NCBI GenBank assembly: GCA_020718645.1
Contig: DYRQ01000012.1
Span: 1 to 34,686 of the forward strand
Origin: Verrucomicrobium spinosum
GTDB taxonomy: Bacteria; Verrucomicrobiota; Verrucomicrobiia; JADLBR01; JAIBCM01
Direction of reading: 5' to 3'
DNA length: 34,686 nucleotides
Shown: one piece after another, positions 1-11,256 of the stretch
How positions within the stretch are numbered: the stretch's first letter is position 1
How the letters are laid out: every line of letters starts with the position of its first letter
Notes under the pieces: generated by a model
Told to the model about the DNA's origin: nothing
Database searches by the model: none
What the model saw: the letters and a program-made list of their open reading frames with translations, nothing else
Position numbers and translations under genes: made by a program

Positions 1-69
1 GGACGGGATCAAGGCGATCCAAAGCCTGGAGGGCGCTCTTTTCATCGACACAAAAATGCCTATTATGCC

Positions 70-1326
70 GTGGCTCACTATGAGTCCTTAGTCACGGAAA
101 AGAACGAGAGAGAGGCTCTGAAGAAAGTTGAAGAGGAGTGCAGCCGATGGTTTTCGGCGCGTGATGAAGCTGTGGCAAAAAGCCAGACTCTCGACAAGGA
201 TGAGGCCGAGGCCATTTTCAAAAAGCGTGCCGAACCCGCCTATCAAAATGCGATCCAAGGGGTGAAACAACTGGCCGAGGCTCAGAAAAATGCGACGGCA
301 GAAGCGGCTCACGACACGATCCGCCACATGTCCATTGCTAACTGGTCTCTGATTGCTGGTTTAGCTATGATCCTGCTCGGTGGGGGTGTCTTGACCTGGG
401 TGATTATCCGATCTCTCAACAGCCTGCTTTCTTCGATCGCGGATGCTATGGAAGACTCATGCTCCCAGGGCCTCTCTGCTGCAAAAGCCGTGCGCGATAC
501 CAGTAACACAGTGGCAGAGGACTCCAGTGCGCAAGCCGCTGCCATCGAGGAAACCAGTGCGTCCATCGAGGAAATTTCAAGCATGTCCCGCCATAACACG
601 GATCACTCCAGCAAAGCCTCTGCTTTAGCTCAGACCAGTGTCCAAGCCGTGACTCAGGGGAGCCAGCAGATGGAGGAGCTGAAACGAGCCATGTCGGAAA
701 TCCAAGTCGCCAGCAGCGACATCGGGAAAATCATCAAGACCATTGACGAGATAGCATTTCAGACCAACATCCTCGCACTCAACGCCGCAGTCGAAGCTGC
801 GCGGGCTGGCGAGGCCGGGGCAGGTTTTGCTGTTGTGGCCGATGAAGTGCGCACCTTGGCTCAGCGCGCCGCTATGGCTGCCCGCGAGACTTCCGATCGC
901 ATCGGGGCATCTGTGAGCAAAAGCCGCCAAGGCGTGGAAATCTGCGGGAAAGTGGACGCCAGCCTTGCCACTATTGTCGAACAGATTAACACGATCTATA
1001 GCATCATCAAAGAAATCACTTCCGGTTCCGAAGAACAGGCTCACGGCATTGATCAGATAAATAAAGCCATCGTTTCGATGGACAAGGTCGTCCAAGCCAA
1101 CGCCGCCAGCGCGGAGCAAAACGCGAGTTCCTCTGAGGTCATGCTGGGACAAGTGCGGATTCTGCATGAAATGGCTGACGGCCTCAAAACACTGACAGGC
1201 AAAGCGCTCTTCCGCCGTGTCTCGATCACCCAAATCATCGCAACCCATTCAGGTGCCCATTCGGACATCCATTCGGGTGCTCACCACAAAGCAGGAATCC
1301 CTTTGCCTCCGTCCACATTCTCCTGA
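70..1326 (+). CDS. methyl-accepting chemotaxis protein (4HB-like N-terminus, one TM, no obvious HAMP); reading frame open to position 1, so the true start may lie upstream of the window
   Basis: MCP signalling-domain signature QTNILALNAAVEAARAGEAGAGFAVVADEVRTLAQRAA; TM helix WSLIAGLAMILLGGGVLTWVII; His-rich C-terminal tail HSGAHSDIHSGAHHKAG; track start at 70 is GTG and there is no in-frame stop between 1 and 70. Confidence 0.85.
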   Translation: MAHYESLVTEKNEREALKKVEEECSRWFSARDEAVAKSQTLDKDEAEAIFKKRAEPAYQNAIQGVKQLAEAQKNATAEAAHDTIRHMSIANWSLIAGLAMILLGGGVLTWVIIRSLNSLLSSIADAMEDSCSQGLSAAKAVRDTSNTVAEDSSAQAAAIEETSASIEEISSMSRHNTDHSSKASALAQTSVQAVTQGSQQMEELKRAMSEIQVASSDIGKIIKTIDEIAFQTNILALNAAVEAARAGEAGAGFAVVADEVRTLAQRAAMAARETSDRIGASVSKSRQGVEICGKVDASLATIVEQINTIYSIIKEITSGSEEQAHGIDQINKAIVSMDKVVQANAASAEQNASSSEVMLGQVRILHEMADGLKTLTGKALFRRVSITQIIATHSGAHSDIHSGAHHKAGIPLPPSTFS

Positions 1327-1370
1327 ATACTTCTCTCCACTTGCGTTTTGGGAGAATCCGCGCACTTTGA

Positions 1371-3485
<2,115 letters not shown>

Positions 3486-3543
3486 ACCAGTTTTCGTTCT
3501 CCAATATAGCTAACACAGCAAGCGGGGCATAGCGCTCTTCGGT

Positions 3544-3562
3544 ATTGCATAATATGGGATGA
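3544..3562 (+). repeat. copy of an intergenic about 20-nt motif ATTGCATAATnnGGGWTGA
   Basis: ATTGCATAATATGGGATGA, 60 nt after the thiC stop. Confidence 0.4.
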
Positions 3563-3604
3563 TCCGTCAGTGAACGGACTTGTCCTGTGGTGCTCCATCA
3601 GGAC
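3563..3604. other. two short hairpins between convergent thiC and phnA (tccgt-cagtga-acgga; gtcctg-N11-caggac), no T-tract
   Basis: inverted repeats read directly from the sequence; possible bidirectional transcript-end structures. Confidence 0.25.
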
Positions 3605-3648
3605 AGGGGTAGGGCGGGGGCTATTCTTGGAAGAAGGGTGAGTGAGTA

Positions 3649-3984
3649 TTAGGCTTTTTTAACGAAGCAGGCTTTCAGTCGGACGCCTACTCCATCCACT
3701 TTGCAATCTATCTCGTGGTCGCCGCCGATGAGGCGGATAGGCCTAGATTTGGAGCCTCCCTTGAGCACGGATGAGCCACCGAGTTTGAGATCTTTGATTA
3801 GAACAACACAGTCACCATCGGCGAGTATCGTGCCGTGAGCGTCTTTGACGACGCGGGCAACCTCGGCAGTGTCATCTGTATTCTCGCGAGGCCATTCGTG
3901 GCCACAAGTGATGCATTCGTAATCTCCCGGATGCTCCACAATTTCATTGGTTTCGCACATGGGACAAGTGGCAGGTGTTGTCAT
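3649..3984 (-). CDS. phnA: PhnA-family zinc-ribbon protein (YjdC/PhnA-like)
   Basis: N-terminal CPMC...CITCGHEW zinc ribbon and C-terminal VKDAHGTILADGDCVVLIKDLKLGGSS...IRLIGGDHEIDCKVDG...VKK, typical of PhnA; no other phn genes nearby. Confidence 0.85.
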   Translation of the reverse strand: MTTPATCPMCETNEIVEHPGDYECITCGHEWPRENTDDTAEVARVVKDAHGTILADGDCVVLIKDLKLGGSSVLKGGSKSRPIRLIGGDHEIDCKVDGVGVRLKACFVKKA

Positions 3985-4093
3985 AATAATTTTTCCGACC
4001 AGTGTCAGGTTCGGTGCTTGAGCACTGAAATCCCTAGAGCCTCTCTGGTCAAGGGGATACTCAAAAGCGTAGAAAATTTATTATGAAAAGAAA

Positions 4094-4122
4094 TTGACTC
4101 GATCCGCGGCTGCGGCATAATT
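4094..4122 (+). promoter_or_regulatory. sigma70-type promoter for tRNA-Gly (TTGACT-17 nt-CATAAT)
   Basis: TTGACT at 4094-4099, 17-nt spacer, CATAAT at 4116-4121, about 15 nt before the mature tRNA 5' end. Confidence 0.55.
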
Positions 4123-4136
4123 TCACACACTCTCAA

Positions 4137-4209
<73 letters not shown>

Positions 4210-4414
4210 CTCTTTTCCACCACCTAGTCCTAAAACAAGGTGCTTGTAGGACTTTGTGTCCCACACCATCGCTCTCATATTTCGTCTCTGTCTTACTCGA
4301 GAGGCCGTGCAGTGTGGGTTTGTAAGCGACTGTTTGTTCAGGAGGATATCTGCGGTTTGGAGGGGCTGCGTGCCGACCACACAATCATTGCTGGACTGAT
4401 AGCCTGAGGGATTA

Positions 4415-6115
4415 TCAAGCTGCGGACTTTGCTGAAATAATCTGGCGGGTGCGCTCGAGGGCGTCATCCACATTGCCAGCGACATTTTCCATGCCGAGGT
4501 GATCGAGAAAACCGGCCTGCGTCATCATCGCCAAGGGTTGCGTATGAGGTCCGCTCAGGACGACATGCTTGCCGTCTTCCCGCATTTGTTCCACTAGGAT
4601 TTCGAGGGCGTGCAGTGCGGTGGCATCCATGGAGGGGACACGGTGCATGCGGAGGACAAGCACCTCGGGGAGTTGGTTCATGCCGCGCAGGGTGGTTTCC
4701 ATTTTTTCAGCAGCCCCGAACATGAACGCTCCGTTGACCTGGTAGATGTGGACACCGCGGGGAATCTCCTTGCCAACCACGGATTGGTGTTGGCCTTCGT
4801 CGTCGTTCTCCTCGGTGACTTGGGTGATGCGAGTAGTGTCAGAGATGCGTCGCACGAACAGCATCGCGGCGAGGACGATGCCCACCTCAACAGCGACGGT
4901 CAGGTCAATAATGACTGTCAGGAGGAATGTGGCGGCAAAGACTGCTGCGTCGCTCTTGGGCATTTTAGCGAGTTTGGAAAACTCCTCCCACTCGCCCATG
5001 GTAAATGCTACGCGGATGAGCACGGCAGCGAGGCAGACCAGAGGGATGTCTTTGGCCAGTGGTGCGAAAAGCATCACCACAGCCAGTAGTGTGAATGCGT
5101 GGATGCAGCCTGCAATAGGAGTGCGGGCGCCGTTTTCGATATTGGCTACCGTGCGGGCAATGGCTCCCGTAGCAGGGATACCGCCAAAGAGGGGAGAAGC
5201 AATATTGGCGATGCCCTGTGCCACGAGTTCGGTGTTGGAATCGTGGCGGTCATTGGTCATGCCGTCGGCAACCACGGCTGAGAGGAGGGACTCGATGGCC
5301 GAGAGGATGGCGATGGTGAATGCTGGGGAGATAAGTGGTTTGAGGTTCTCCAGAGAAAGGTCGGGCCATTGGAATGCGGGGAGGCCTCTGGGCACGCCAC
5401 CGAATCGGGTGCCGATGGTCTCGAGGGGAAAGTGGAGCAGGGAGACGGCGAGTGTGCCGAGAACGAGCACGACGATGGAGCCTGGAATTTTTTTTGAGAC
5501 ATAACGTGGCCAGAGAAAGACGATAGCTAGAGAGATCGTTGCGACAACGCATGTGGCGGGGTCAGCGGTTGTGATGTGGTGGGAGAGTTCGCGCACTTTC
5601 TCAAAAAACTCCGCCGGGAGAGCGCCCATTTTCAGTCCGAGCAGATCTTTGAGTTGCCCGAGGGCGATGATGACAGCAATCCCGTTTGTGAACCCTGTGG
5701 TGACGGGGTAGGGGATATACTTGATCAAGGCGCCCATCTTGAGCAGCCCCATGGCGACGAGCATGAACCCGGCCATGATAGTGCAGAGAATGAGGTTGGG
5801 AAAACCGTATTCGTGGATGATGCCGTAAACAATCACGACAAACGCGCCGGTGGGTCCGCCGACTTGGAGGCGAGAACCGCCAAAAAATGAGATTAAGAAA
5901 CCAGCGACGATAGCTGTGTAGATACCCTGTTCCGGCTTAACGCCCGAGGCGATACCAAAAGCGATCGCTAGGGGGAGAGCGATAATGCCGACGGTCAGAC
6001 CAGCAACGAGGTCAGCGCCGAATTTATGAGCGTCGTAAGAACGCAGCTCACGGAAAAGTCTCGGCAGAAAAAGCTGACGGGCGGCGCGTGAGGTCTGCGG
6101 GAAACTGGCTGGCAT
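4415..6115 (-). CDS. SulP-family anion (sulfate/bicarbonate) permease with C-terminal STAS domain
   Basis: multi-TM SulP core (GLTVGIIALPLAIAFGIASGV...) and C-terminal STAS-like region (HVVLSGPHTQPLAMMTQAGFLDHLG); the KH gene stop is 9 nt upstream. Confidence 0.9.
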   Translation of the reverse strand: MPASFPQTSRAARQLFLPRLFRELRSYDAHKFGADLVAGLTVGIIALPLAIAFGIASGVKPEQGIYTAIVAGFLISFFGGSRLQVGGPTGAFVVIVYGIIHEYGFPNLILCTIMAGFMLVAMGLLKMGALIKYIPYPVTTGFTNGIAVIIALGQLKDLLGLKMGALPAEFFEKVRELSHHITTADPATCVVATISLAIVFLWPRYVSKKIPGSIVVLVLGTLAVSLLHFPLETIGTRFGGVPRGLPAFQWPDLSLENLKPLISPAFTIAILSAIESLLSAVVADGMTNDRHDSNTELVAQGIANIASPLFGGIPATGAIARTVANIENGARTPIAGCIHAFTLLAVVMLFAPLAKDIPLVCLAAVLIRVAFTMGEWEEFSKLAKMPKSDAAVFAATFLLTVIIDLTVAVEVGIVLAAMLFVRRISDTTRITQVTEENDDEGQHQSVVGKEIPRGVHIYQVNGAFMFGAAEKMETTLRGMNQLPEVLVLRMHRVPSMDATALHALEILVEQMREDGKHVVLSGPHTQPLAMMTQAGFLDHLGMENVAGNVDDALERTRQIISAKSAA

Positions 6116-6123
6116 GGTGCGGA

Positions 6124-6411
6124 TTACCCTGCTGTGGGTTCATCCTCGGGCGCAGCCGATTGAGGGGCTCCGGAAGAGTTGGGGTCGTTTACCTCTACGG
6201 TAGCGCGTTTTCCTTGGCGAGAAGCAGCGGCATTGACCAGCATACGAATGGCGCCGATGGTTTTGCCATGGCGCCCTATGACTTTACCGATGTCATCAGG
6301 ATGCAGGGAGACGACGAACTCTATGCTCTTATCATCTTCCTGCTTGGAGATGCTGACATCGGCAGGATACTCAACCAGCTTTTCCAAGACATACTCGAGA
6401 AAAGTGGTCAT
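6124..6411 (-). CDS. KH-domain RNA-binding protein (UPF0109/YlqC-like)
   Basis: KH motif VIGRHGKTIGAIR; conserved position just downstream of rpsP. Confidence 0.8.
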   Translation of the reverse strand: MTTFLEYVLEKLVEYPADVSISKQEDDKSIEFVVSLHPDDIGKVIGRHGKTIGAIRMLVNAAASRQGKRATVEVNDPNSSGAPQSAAPEDEPTAG

Positions 6412-6429
6412 GCTGAGAGTCTATTCCGC

Positions 6430-6696
6430 TTAGGCAGCGGGGGCTGGTGCAGCGGCTTTTGCGCGATGTCTTTTGATGATGCTCGCCACGGTCTCGCTGG
6501 GCTTCGCACCCATCTTGATCCAATGCTCAATGCGTTCAAGCTTGAGGGTGGACGCAGCATCCTTGCGGATGGGGTCGTAGGTCCCGAGCAATTCCAAAAA
6601 TTTTCCATCGCGGGGGCTTTGCTTGTCAGCCACCACCACACGGTAAAAGGGACGGTTCTTGGCACCTTCCCTGCGCAATCTAATCACTGTCGCCAT
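6430..6696 (-). CDS. rpsP: 30S ribosomal protein S16
   Basis: MATVIRLRREGAKNRPFYRVVVAD... Confidence 0.95.
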   Translation of the reverse strand: MATVIRLRREGAKNRPFYRVVVADKQSPRDGKFLELLGTYDPIRKDAASTLKLERIEHWIKMGAKPSETVASIIKRHRAKAAAPAPAA

Positions 6697-6709
6697 ATCT
6701 GTTCTATCC

Positions 6710-8020
6710 TCACGCTTTCATTCCGAACTGAGCCAGCATTTTCTTCATTTTGCCAGCGTTTTTCATCATTTTTTTCATCTGCTGAAACTGCAGCAACAGT
6801 TCGTTCACAGCCGTGACTGTCGTGCCGCTTCCCCGAGCGATTCTTTGTCTTCGCTTAGCATTAATCATATCGGGCTTCCTCCGCTCTTGCGGGGTCATAC
6901 TCAAAATGATCGCCTCGGTGCGTCGCAGTTGTTTTTCCGCACCTTGGGAATCTTTTACCTTAGGGGCTCCGGGTATCATGCCAAGCAAATTCTCTAGCGG
7001 ACCCAATTTTTTAATTTGTTGGAGCTGGACGAGGAAATCGCCGAGGTCAAACTGTTGCTTGCGCAGTTTCTCCTCCATGTGCTGCATGTTCTCAAGATCA
7101 AAAGCTTCCTGCGCCTTCTCCACCAGACCAACGACATCGCCCATGCCGAGCACACGCGAGGCGAGGCGCTGAGGGTCGAGCAACTCGATGTTGGCGAGCT
7201 TCTCTCCTGTGCCGATAAATTTGATCGGAACACCGGTGACTTGCCGCATGGAGAGCGCGGCACCACCTCTGGCATCGCCGTCCAACCGCGTAAGCACCAG
7301 TCCGGTCAAGGGTGTAGCCTGTTTGAAACGCGTGACGATATCCACGGATTTCTGGCCCAGTGCGGCGTCTGCGACAAAGAGGGTTTCCTGAGGGGATACT
7401 GCCTCGCGCACGGCGGTTAATTGGGCGAGCAAAGCTTCGTCAAGATCGAGGCGGCCTGCCGTGTCAAAGATGATGGTGTTGCACCCTAGCTCCTTGGCGA
7501 GGTCGAGCGCCTCGCGGCAGACGAGCACGGGGTCTTGCGTATCTCTGCGGACATGGATGGGCACGCCGACTTGTGCGGCCAAACTTTCGAGCTGGGTGAT
7601 GGCGGCAGGGCGCTGGAGATCGGCGGCGACTAGCATCGGCTTTTTGCCTTTGGCTTTGAGCCAGCCAGCGAGCTTGCCCGCCGTGGTGGTTTTACCGCTA
7701 CCCTGGAGACCGCAGAGGAGTATTTTTAGGGGGTCGCCCTGTGCCAAGGGGCTAGGTTCTCCGAAGAAAGATGCTAGCTCATCTTGGAATATTTTTACGA
7801 ACTGCTGCCCGGGTGTGATGCTCTGCAACACCTCTTCGCCCAAGGCGCGCACCCGCACTTTTTCCACGAACTCGCGGGCCACGGTAAAGTGGACATCTGC
7901 CTCGAGCAGCGCGAGCCGTATCTGCTTGCACGCGTCAGCCACATTGGCCTCGCTGAGCTTGCCGTATCCGCGCAGGTTTTTAAAAACTTCCTGCAATTTA
8001 TTTGCCAGTTGATCAAGCAT
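6710..8020 (-). CDS. ffh: signal recognition particle protein Ffh
   Basis: N-terminus MLDQLANKLQEVFKNLRGYGKLSEANV aligns with E. coli Ffh MFDNLTDRLSRTLRNISGRGRLTEDNV; GTPase P-loop GLQGSGKTTTAGKLA; M-domain Met-rich C-terminus; the 540-aa track ORF carries a spurious 104-codon N-terminal extension. Confidence 0.95.
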   Translation of the reverse strand: MLDQLANKLQEVFKNLRGYGKLSEANVADACKQIRLALLEADVHFTVAREFVEKVRVRALGEEVLQSITPGQQFVKIFQDELASFFGEPSPLAQGDPLKILLCGLQGSGKTTTAGKLAGWLKAKGKKPMLVAADLQRPAAITQLESLAAQVGVPIHVRRDTQDPVLVCREALDLAKELGCNTIIFDTAGRLDLDEALLAQLTAVREAVSPQETLFVADAALGQKSVDIVTRFKQATPLTGLVLTRLDGDARGGAALSMRQVTGVPIKFIGTGEKLANIELLDPQRLASRVLGMGDVVGLVEKAQEAFDLENMQHMEEKLRKQQFDLGDFLVQLQQIKKLGPLENLLGMIPGAPKVKDSQGAEKQLRRTEAIILSMTPQERRKPDMINAKRRQRIARGSGTTVTAVNELLLQFQQMKKMMKNAGKMKKMLAQFGMKA

Positions 8021-8738
8021 GGTAGAAAGAGGCAGTATAAGACATTTGAAAAAAATAACCACAGCTTTCGTCTTGGCGGCAGGACTTGGCACGAGACTCC
8101 GTCCGCTCACCGACCACACCCCCAAACCTTTGCTCTCGGTGAAAGGTAGGCCGCTCATCACCCATGCCTTCGACCATCTGGCCGCGGCGGGGATCGAGCG
8201 GTTTATTGTCAATACACACCATCTGGCTCCGCAATTTGAACAAGCTTTTCCCGATCGGGCTTGGCGTGGACCCCCGATTGTTTTCCGGCACGAACCCGTG
8301 CTGCTGGAGACGGGCGGAGGTATCAAGAACATCGAAGATTTGGCAGAGGGCGAGCCGCTGTTGGTTTATAACAGTGATGTGCTCACGGATCTGCCACTGG
8401 GGCAACTTCTCACGGCACGGGAACAACTTGGTGCCGAGGTGACTCTCGGGCTGAGAACTTTCGGTGGTCCTGCCCATATCGGGTTTGACCCAGGCTCTCA
8501 GCGGGTGCTCGACATTCGCGGAGAGTTGGGGGTTCCGGGGCTGCTCCCCTGCCTGTTTACGGGGATTTACACGATAGAACCGAGTTTTTTTTCGAGGCTT
8601 GAGCGCGGTAAAAAAGAGTCAGTTGTCCCTGTTTTCGTCCGCATGATACGAGAGGGGCTGCCACCGGCTGCCACCGTGATTGACTCGGGGAATTGGGACG
8701 ATCTCGGCACCGTCGAGGCTTATGAGAAGCATCGTTGA
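8019..8738 (+). CDS. murU: MurNAc-alpha-1-phosphate uridylyltransferase (MurU-like nucleotidyltransferase); likely true start TTG 8046 (MKKITTAFVLAAG...)
   Basis: NTP-transferase motif LAAGLGTRLRPLTDHTPKPL and TGGGI, closely resembling Pseudomonas MurU; followed by HAD and AmgK-like genes. Confidence 0.7.
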   Translation: MVERGSIRHLKKITTAFVLAAGLGTRLRPLTDHTPKPLLSVKGRPLITHAFDHLAAAGIERFIVNTHHLAPQFEQAFPDRAWRGPPIVFRHEPVLLETGGGIKNIEDLAEGEPLLVYNSDVLTDLPLGQLLTAREQLGAEVTLGLRTFGGPAHIGFDPGSQRVLDIRGELGVPGLLPCLFTGIYTIEPSFFSRLERGKKESVVPVFVRMIREGLPPAATVIDSGNWDDLGTVEAYEKHR

Positions 8739-8756
8739 CCTACTGGAGAGCTGCTG

Positions 8757-9449
8757 ATGAAATCGCCATTACCCACTTTGCACCACAAACCTGAAGTCAT
8801 CTTTCTCGATGCTGCTGGCACCCTCATCCAGCTCGCGCAACCGCTTGGTAAAACCTATGCCGCCTTTGCGGCCAGACTGGGTTTCCATGCGGAGCCCACA
8901 CAGTTTGAGGATGCTTTTCTGGGCGCGTGGCGGCGCATGCCGGAGAGAGAGCCCGAGGCGAATGGGCGTCCAGACGATGATAAAGCCTGGTGGTTCACCA
9001 TCGTCTCAGCCACCTTGCGCGAGGTCTGTTCTGGGAGCGATGAGGATGATGCCTCGTTTTTTTTCCAAGACCTCTACTCGCACTATGCCAAACCTGAAGC
9101 CTGGAGATTGTTTCCCGAGGTAGTGGAAGTGTTGTCCGCCCTGCAATCGCGCGGCTATCGCCTAGCGGTGCTTTCTAATTTCGATACCCGGTTGTTCAGT
9201 GTCCTCGATGGGCTCGACATTTCGCATCGGATGGAGCGCATTATTGTATCGAGTCGGGTGGGTGCCGAGAAGCCGCACCCGGCGATTTTCCAATCGGCTT
9301 TGCGCCACATGTCGGTTTCCCCAGAGCGGGCGTTGCATGTAGGGGACGATCTCAGAGCTGATGGCGAAGGCGCTGCCCGCTCCGGGATTCCCTCTTTCTT
9401 GGTGGACAGACCCTCGAGAGATCTCAAAGATTTGCTGGTATTGCTATGA
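8757..9449 (+). CDS. HAD-family hydrolase (possible MurNAc-6-P phosphatase MupP analogue)
   Basis: HAD motif I region FLDAAGTL (nucleophile Asp present, second Asp replaced by Ala); motif IV VGDDLRADGEGA; 4-nt overlap with the amgK start. Confidence 0.6.
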   Translation: MKSPLPTLHHKPEVIFLDAAGTLIQLAQPLGKTYAAFAARLGFHAEPTQFEDAFLGAWRRMPEREPEANGRPDDDKAWWFTIVSATLREVCSGSDEDDASFFFQDLYSHYAKPEAWRLFPEVVEVLSALQSRGYRLAVLSNFDTRLFSVLDGLDISHRMERIIVSSRVGAEKPHPAIFQSALRHMSVSPERALHVGDDLRADGEGAARSGIPSFLVDRPSRDLKDLLVLL

Positions 9450-10456
9450 CACTCGACGAACTCAAGACACTGACTCTTTCCCGTTTTTCACTTCCTCCTG
9501 AGACGATATTGGAACTTCGCCCCATCCTCAAAGGAGGTTCGGATCGTTCTTTCTGGCGCGGTGTCATCCCTGTCCTTGGCCCCAGTATTGTGATGCACTA
9601 CTCCGCCGAGCGCCAAGAGAATGCTGGGTATGCCGCGATCGCCTCGTTGCTGAAACGGGGTGGTGTAGCGGTGCCCGCCATACACGGACACGACACCGAC
9701 AACAGAGTGGTCTGGGCCGAGGACTTGGGAGAAAACGACCTGCACGCCCTGAATGCGCGCCCGTGGGAAGAACGCCGCCCGTGGTATCAGCAGGCTTTGG
9801 TGCAAACTTGCACTCTCCATTCGTGCAACGCCACGACACACACCCAGCAGGGCGTGCATCTGATGCCAGGATTCGATGCGGTGCTCTACGCGTGGGAGCG
9901 CAATTATTTTTTTGAAAGATTCGTGCATGGCGCCTGCAAGATCGAGTTGAGTGCCGAGTTAAAAACCAAGCTCGACTTCGAGTTAGAGGCTCTGGCCAAC
10001 CACTTGTGCAACCTCCAAAAAGTCTATGTTCATCGCGATCTCCAGTCGCAGAATATCATGCTCAAGGAGGGGGGAGCTTGGTTCATAGATTTCCAAGGCA
10101 TGCGCGAGGGCACACGGTTCTACGACCTCGGCTCTCTGCTCTACGACCCCTATGTTCCGTTCACCCCCGAACAGCGATTGGAGTGTGCCCGTTATTACTA
10201 CGATCTGGGTGCAACAGAGGGCATGGAGTGGGCTGTATTCGCAGAGAACTTCCATGCAGCCGCGGCTCAACGACTCATGCAGGCCTTGGGCGCCTATGGA
10301 TTCTTGGGGATAGTCAAAGGCAAATCAGAATTCTTGCATCACATCCCAGCAGGGCTTCGCAATTTGCAAGAGGCGGCTCATGCGAGTGGTATCCTACCAC
10401 ATCTAGTGGAGCTGACCGAGCGTCTGAGCTTGATCTCCCTGCCGAATCAGGGGTAG
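9446..10456 (+). CDS. amgK: APH-fold sugar kinase (N-acetylmuramate/N-acetylglucosamine kinase AmgK-like)
   Basis: Brenner motif HRDLQSQNIM and DFQG in an aminoglycoside-phosphotransferase fold; sits between murU and nagB. Confidence 0.65.
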   Translation: MTLDELKTLTLSRFSLPPETILELRPILKGGSDRSFWRGVIPVLGPSIVMHYSAERQENAGYAAIASLLKRGGVAVPAIHGHDTDNRVVWAEDLGENDLHALNARPWEERRPWYQQALVQTCTLHSCNATTHTQQGVHLMPGFDAVLYAWERNYFFERFVHGACKIELSAELKTKLDFELEALANHLCNLQKVYVHRDLQSQNIMLKEGGAWFIDFQGMREGTRFYDLGSLLYDPYVPFTPEQRLECARYYYDLGATEGMEWAVFAENFHAAAAQRLMQALGAYGFLGIVKGKSEFLHHIPAGLRNLQEAAHASGILPHLVELTERLSLISLPNQG

Positions 10457-10464
10457 TCTGAATT

Positions 10465-11256
10465 ATGGAAGTCATTATACTGCCAGATTCCAAAGCAGCC
10501 TCGCGACTCGCAGCGGGCATGATCGCAGATCTCATTCGAAAAAAAAGTAACTGCGTGCTCGGCCTTGCCACAGGAAGCACCCCGCTGGGTATTTATCGCG
10601 AGCTTGTTTCCATGCATAACATGGAGGGGCTGGATTTTTCTGAAGTTACCTCGTTTAACCTCGATGAGTATGTCGGTCTCTCGCCCGAACATCATGCCTC
10701 GTATCATCGGTTCATGCAGGAAAATTTGTTCAATCACATCAACATGCCCAAGGATCATGTCCACATTCCCGATGGTCTGGCCACCGATATTCCCTCTTAC
10801 TGTCAAAGTTATGAGGAGGCCATCTATCAGGCCGGCGGTATTGATCTCCAACTCTTAGGTATAGGGACAGATGGCCATCTTGGTTTCAACGAACCCACCT
10901 CTTCTCTCACCTCCCGCACCCGTATCAAGACGCTCGATCGGCAGACGATCCTCGATAATCAGCGTTTTTTCCAACCCGGCGAATCGGTGCCTAGCCATGT
11001 CATCACCATGGGGATTGGGACCATCCTCGATGCCAAGACTTGTCTGCTCATCGCTTTTGGGGAAAGCAAAGCGGAAGCCGTAGCTGGCATGGTAGAAGGC
11101 CCTGTTGCCGCCATCCTCCCAGCCTCCGCATTACAACTCCACCAGAAAGCCATCATCATCCTCGACGAGGCTGCCGCCTCCAAACTCGCCAAACGCGAAT
11201 ATTACCAATGGGTTTATGATCATAAACCCGACTGGCAGAAAGTTGGACAATCATGA
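10465..11256 (+). CDS. nagB: glucosamine-6-phosphate deaminase
   Basis: LGLATGSTPLGIYRELV and LLGIGTDGHLGFNEP NagB signatures; 263 aa. Confidence 0.9.
   Translation: MEVIILPDSKAASRLAAGMIADLIRKKSNCVLGLATGSTPLGIYRELVSMHNMEGLDFSEVTSFNLDEYVGLSPEHHASYHRFMQENLFNHINMPKDHVHIPDGLATDIPSYCQSYEEAIYQAGGIDLQLLGIGTDGHLGFNEPTSSLTSRTRIKTLDRQTILDNQRFFQPGESVPSHVITMGIGTILDAKTCLLIAFGESKAEAVAGMVEGPVAAILPASALQLHQKAIIILDEAAASKLAKREYYQWVYDHKPDWQKVGQS

Noticed and set aside
3649-3984. phnA as a marker of a phosphonate utilisation cluster
   Set aside because: No phnC-P, phnWX or C-P lyase genes adjacent; stand-alone PhnA zinc-ribbon proteins are common
8021-8332. 104-codon N-terminal extension of the ffh ORF
   Set aside because: Conserved Ffh N-terminus begins at MLDQLANKLQ (ATG 8020); the extension overlaps murU and has no similarity
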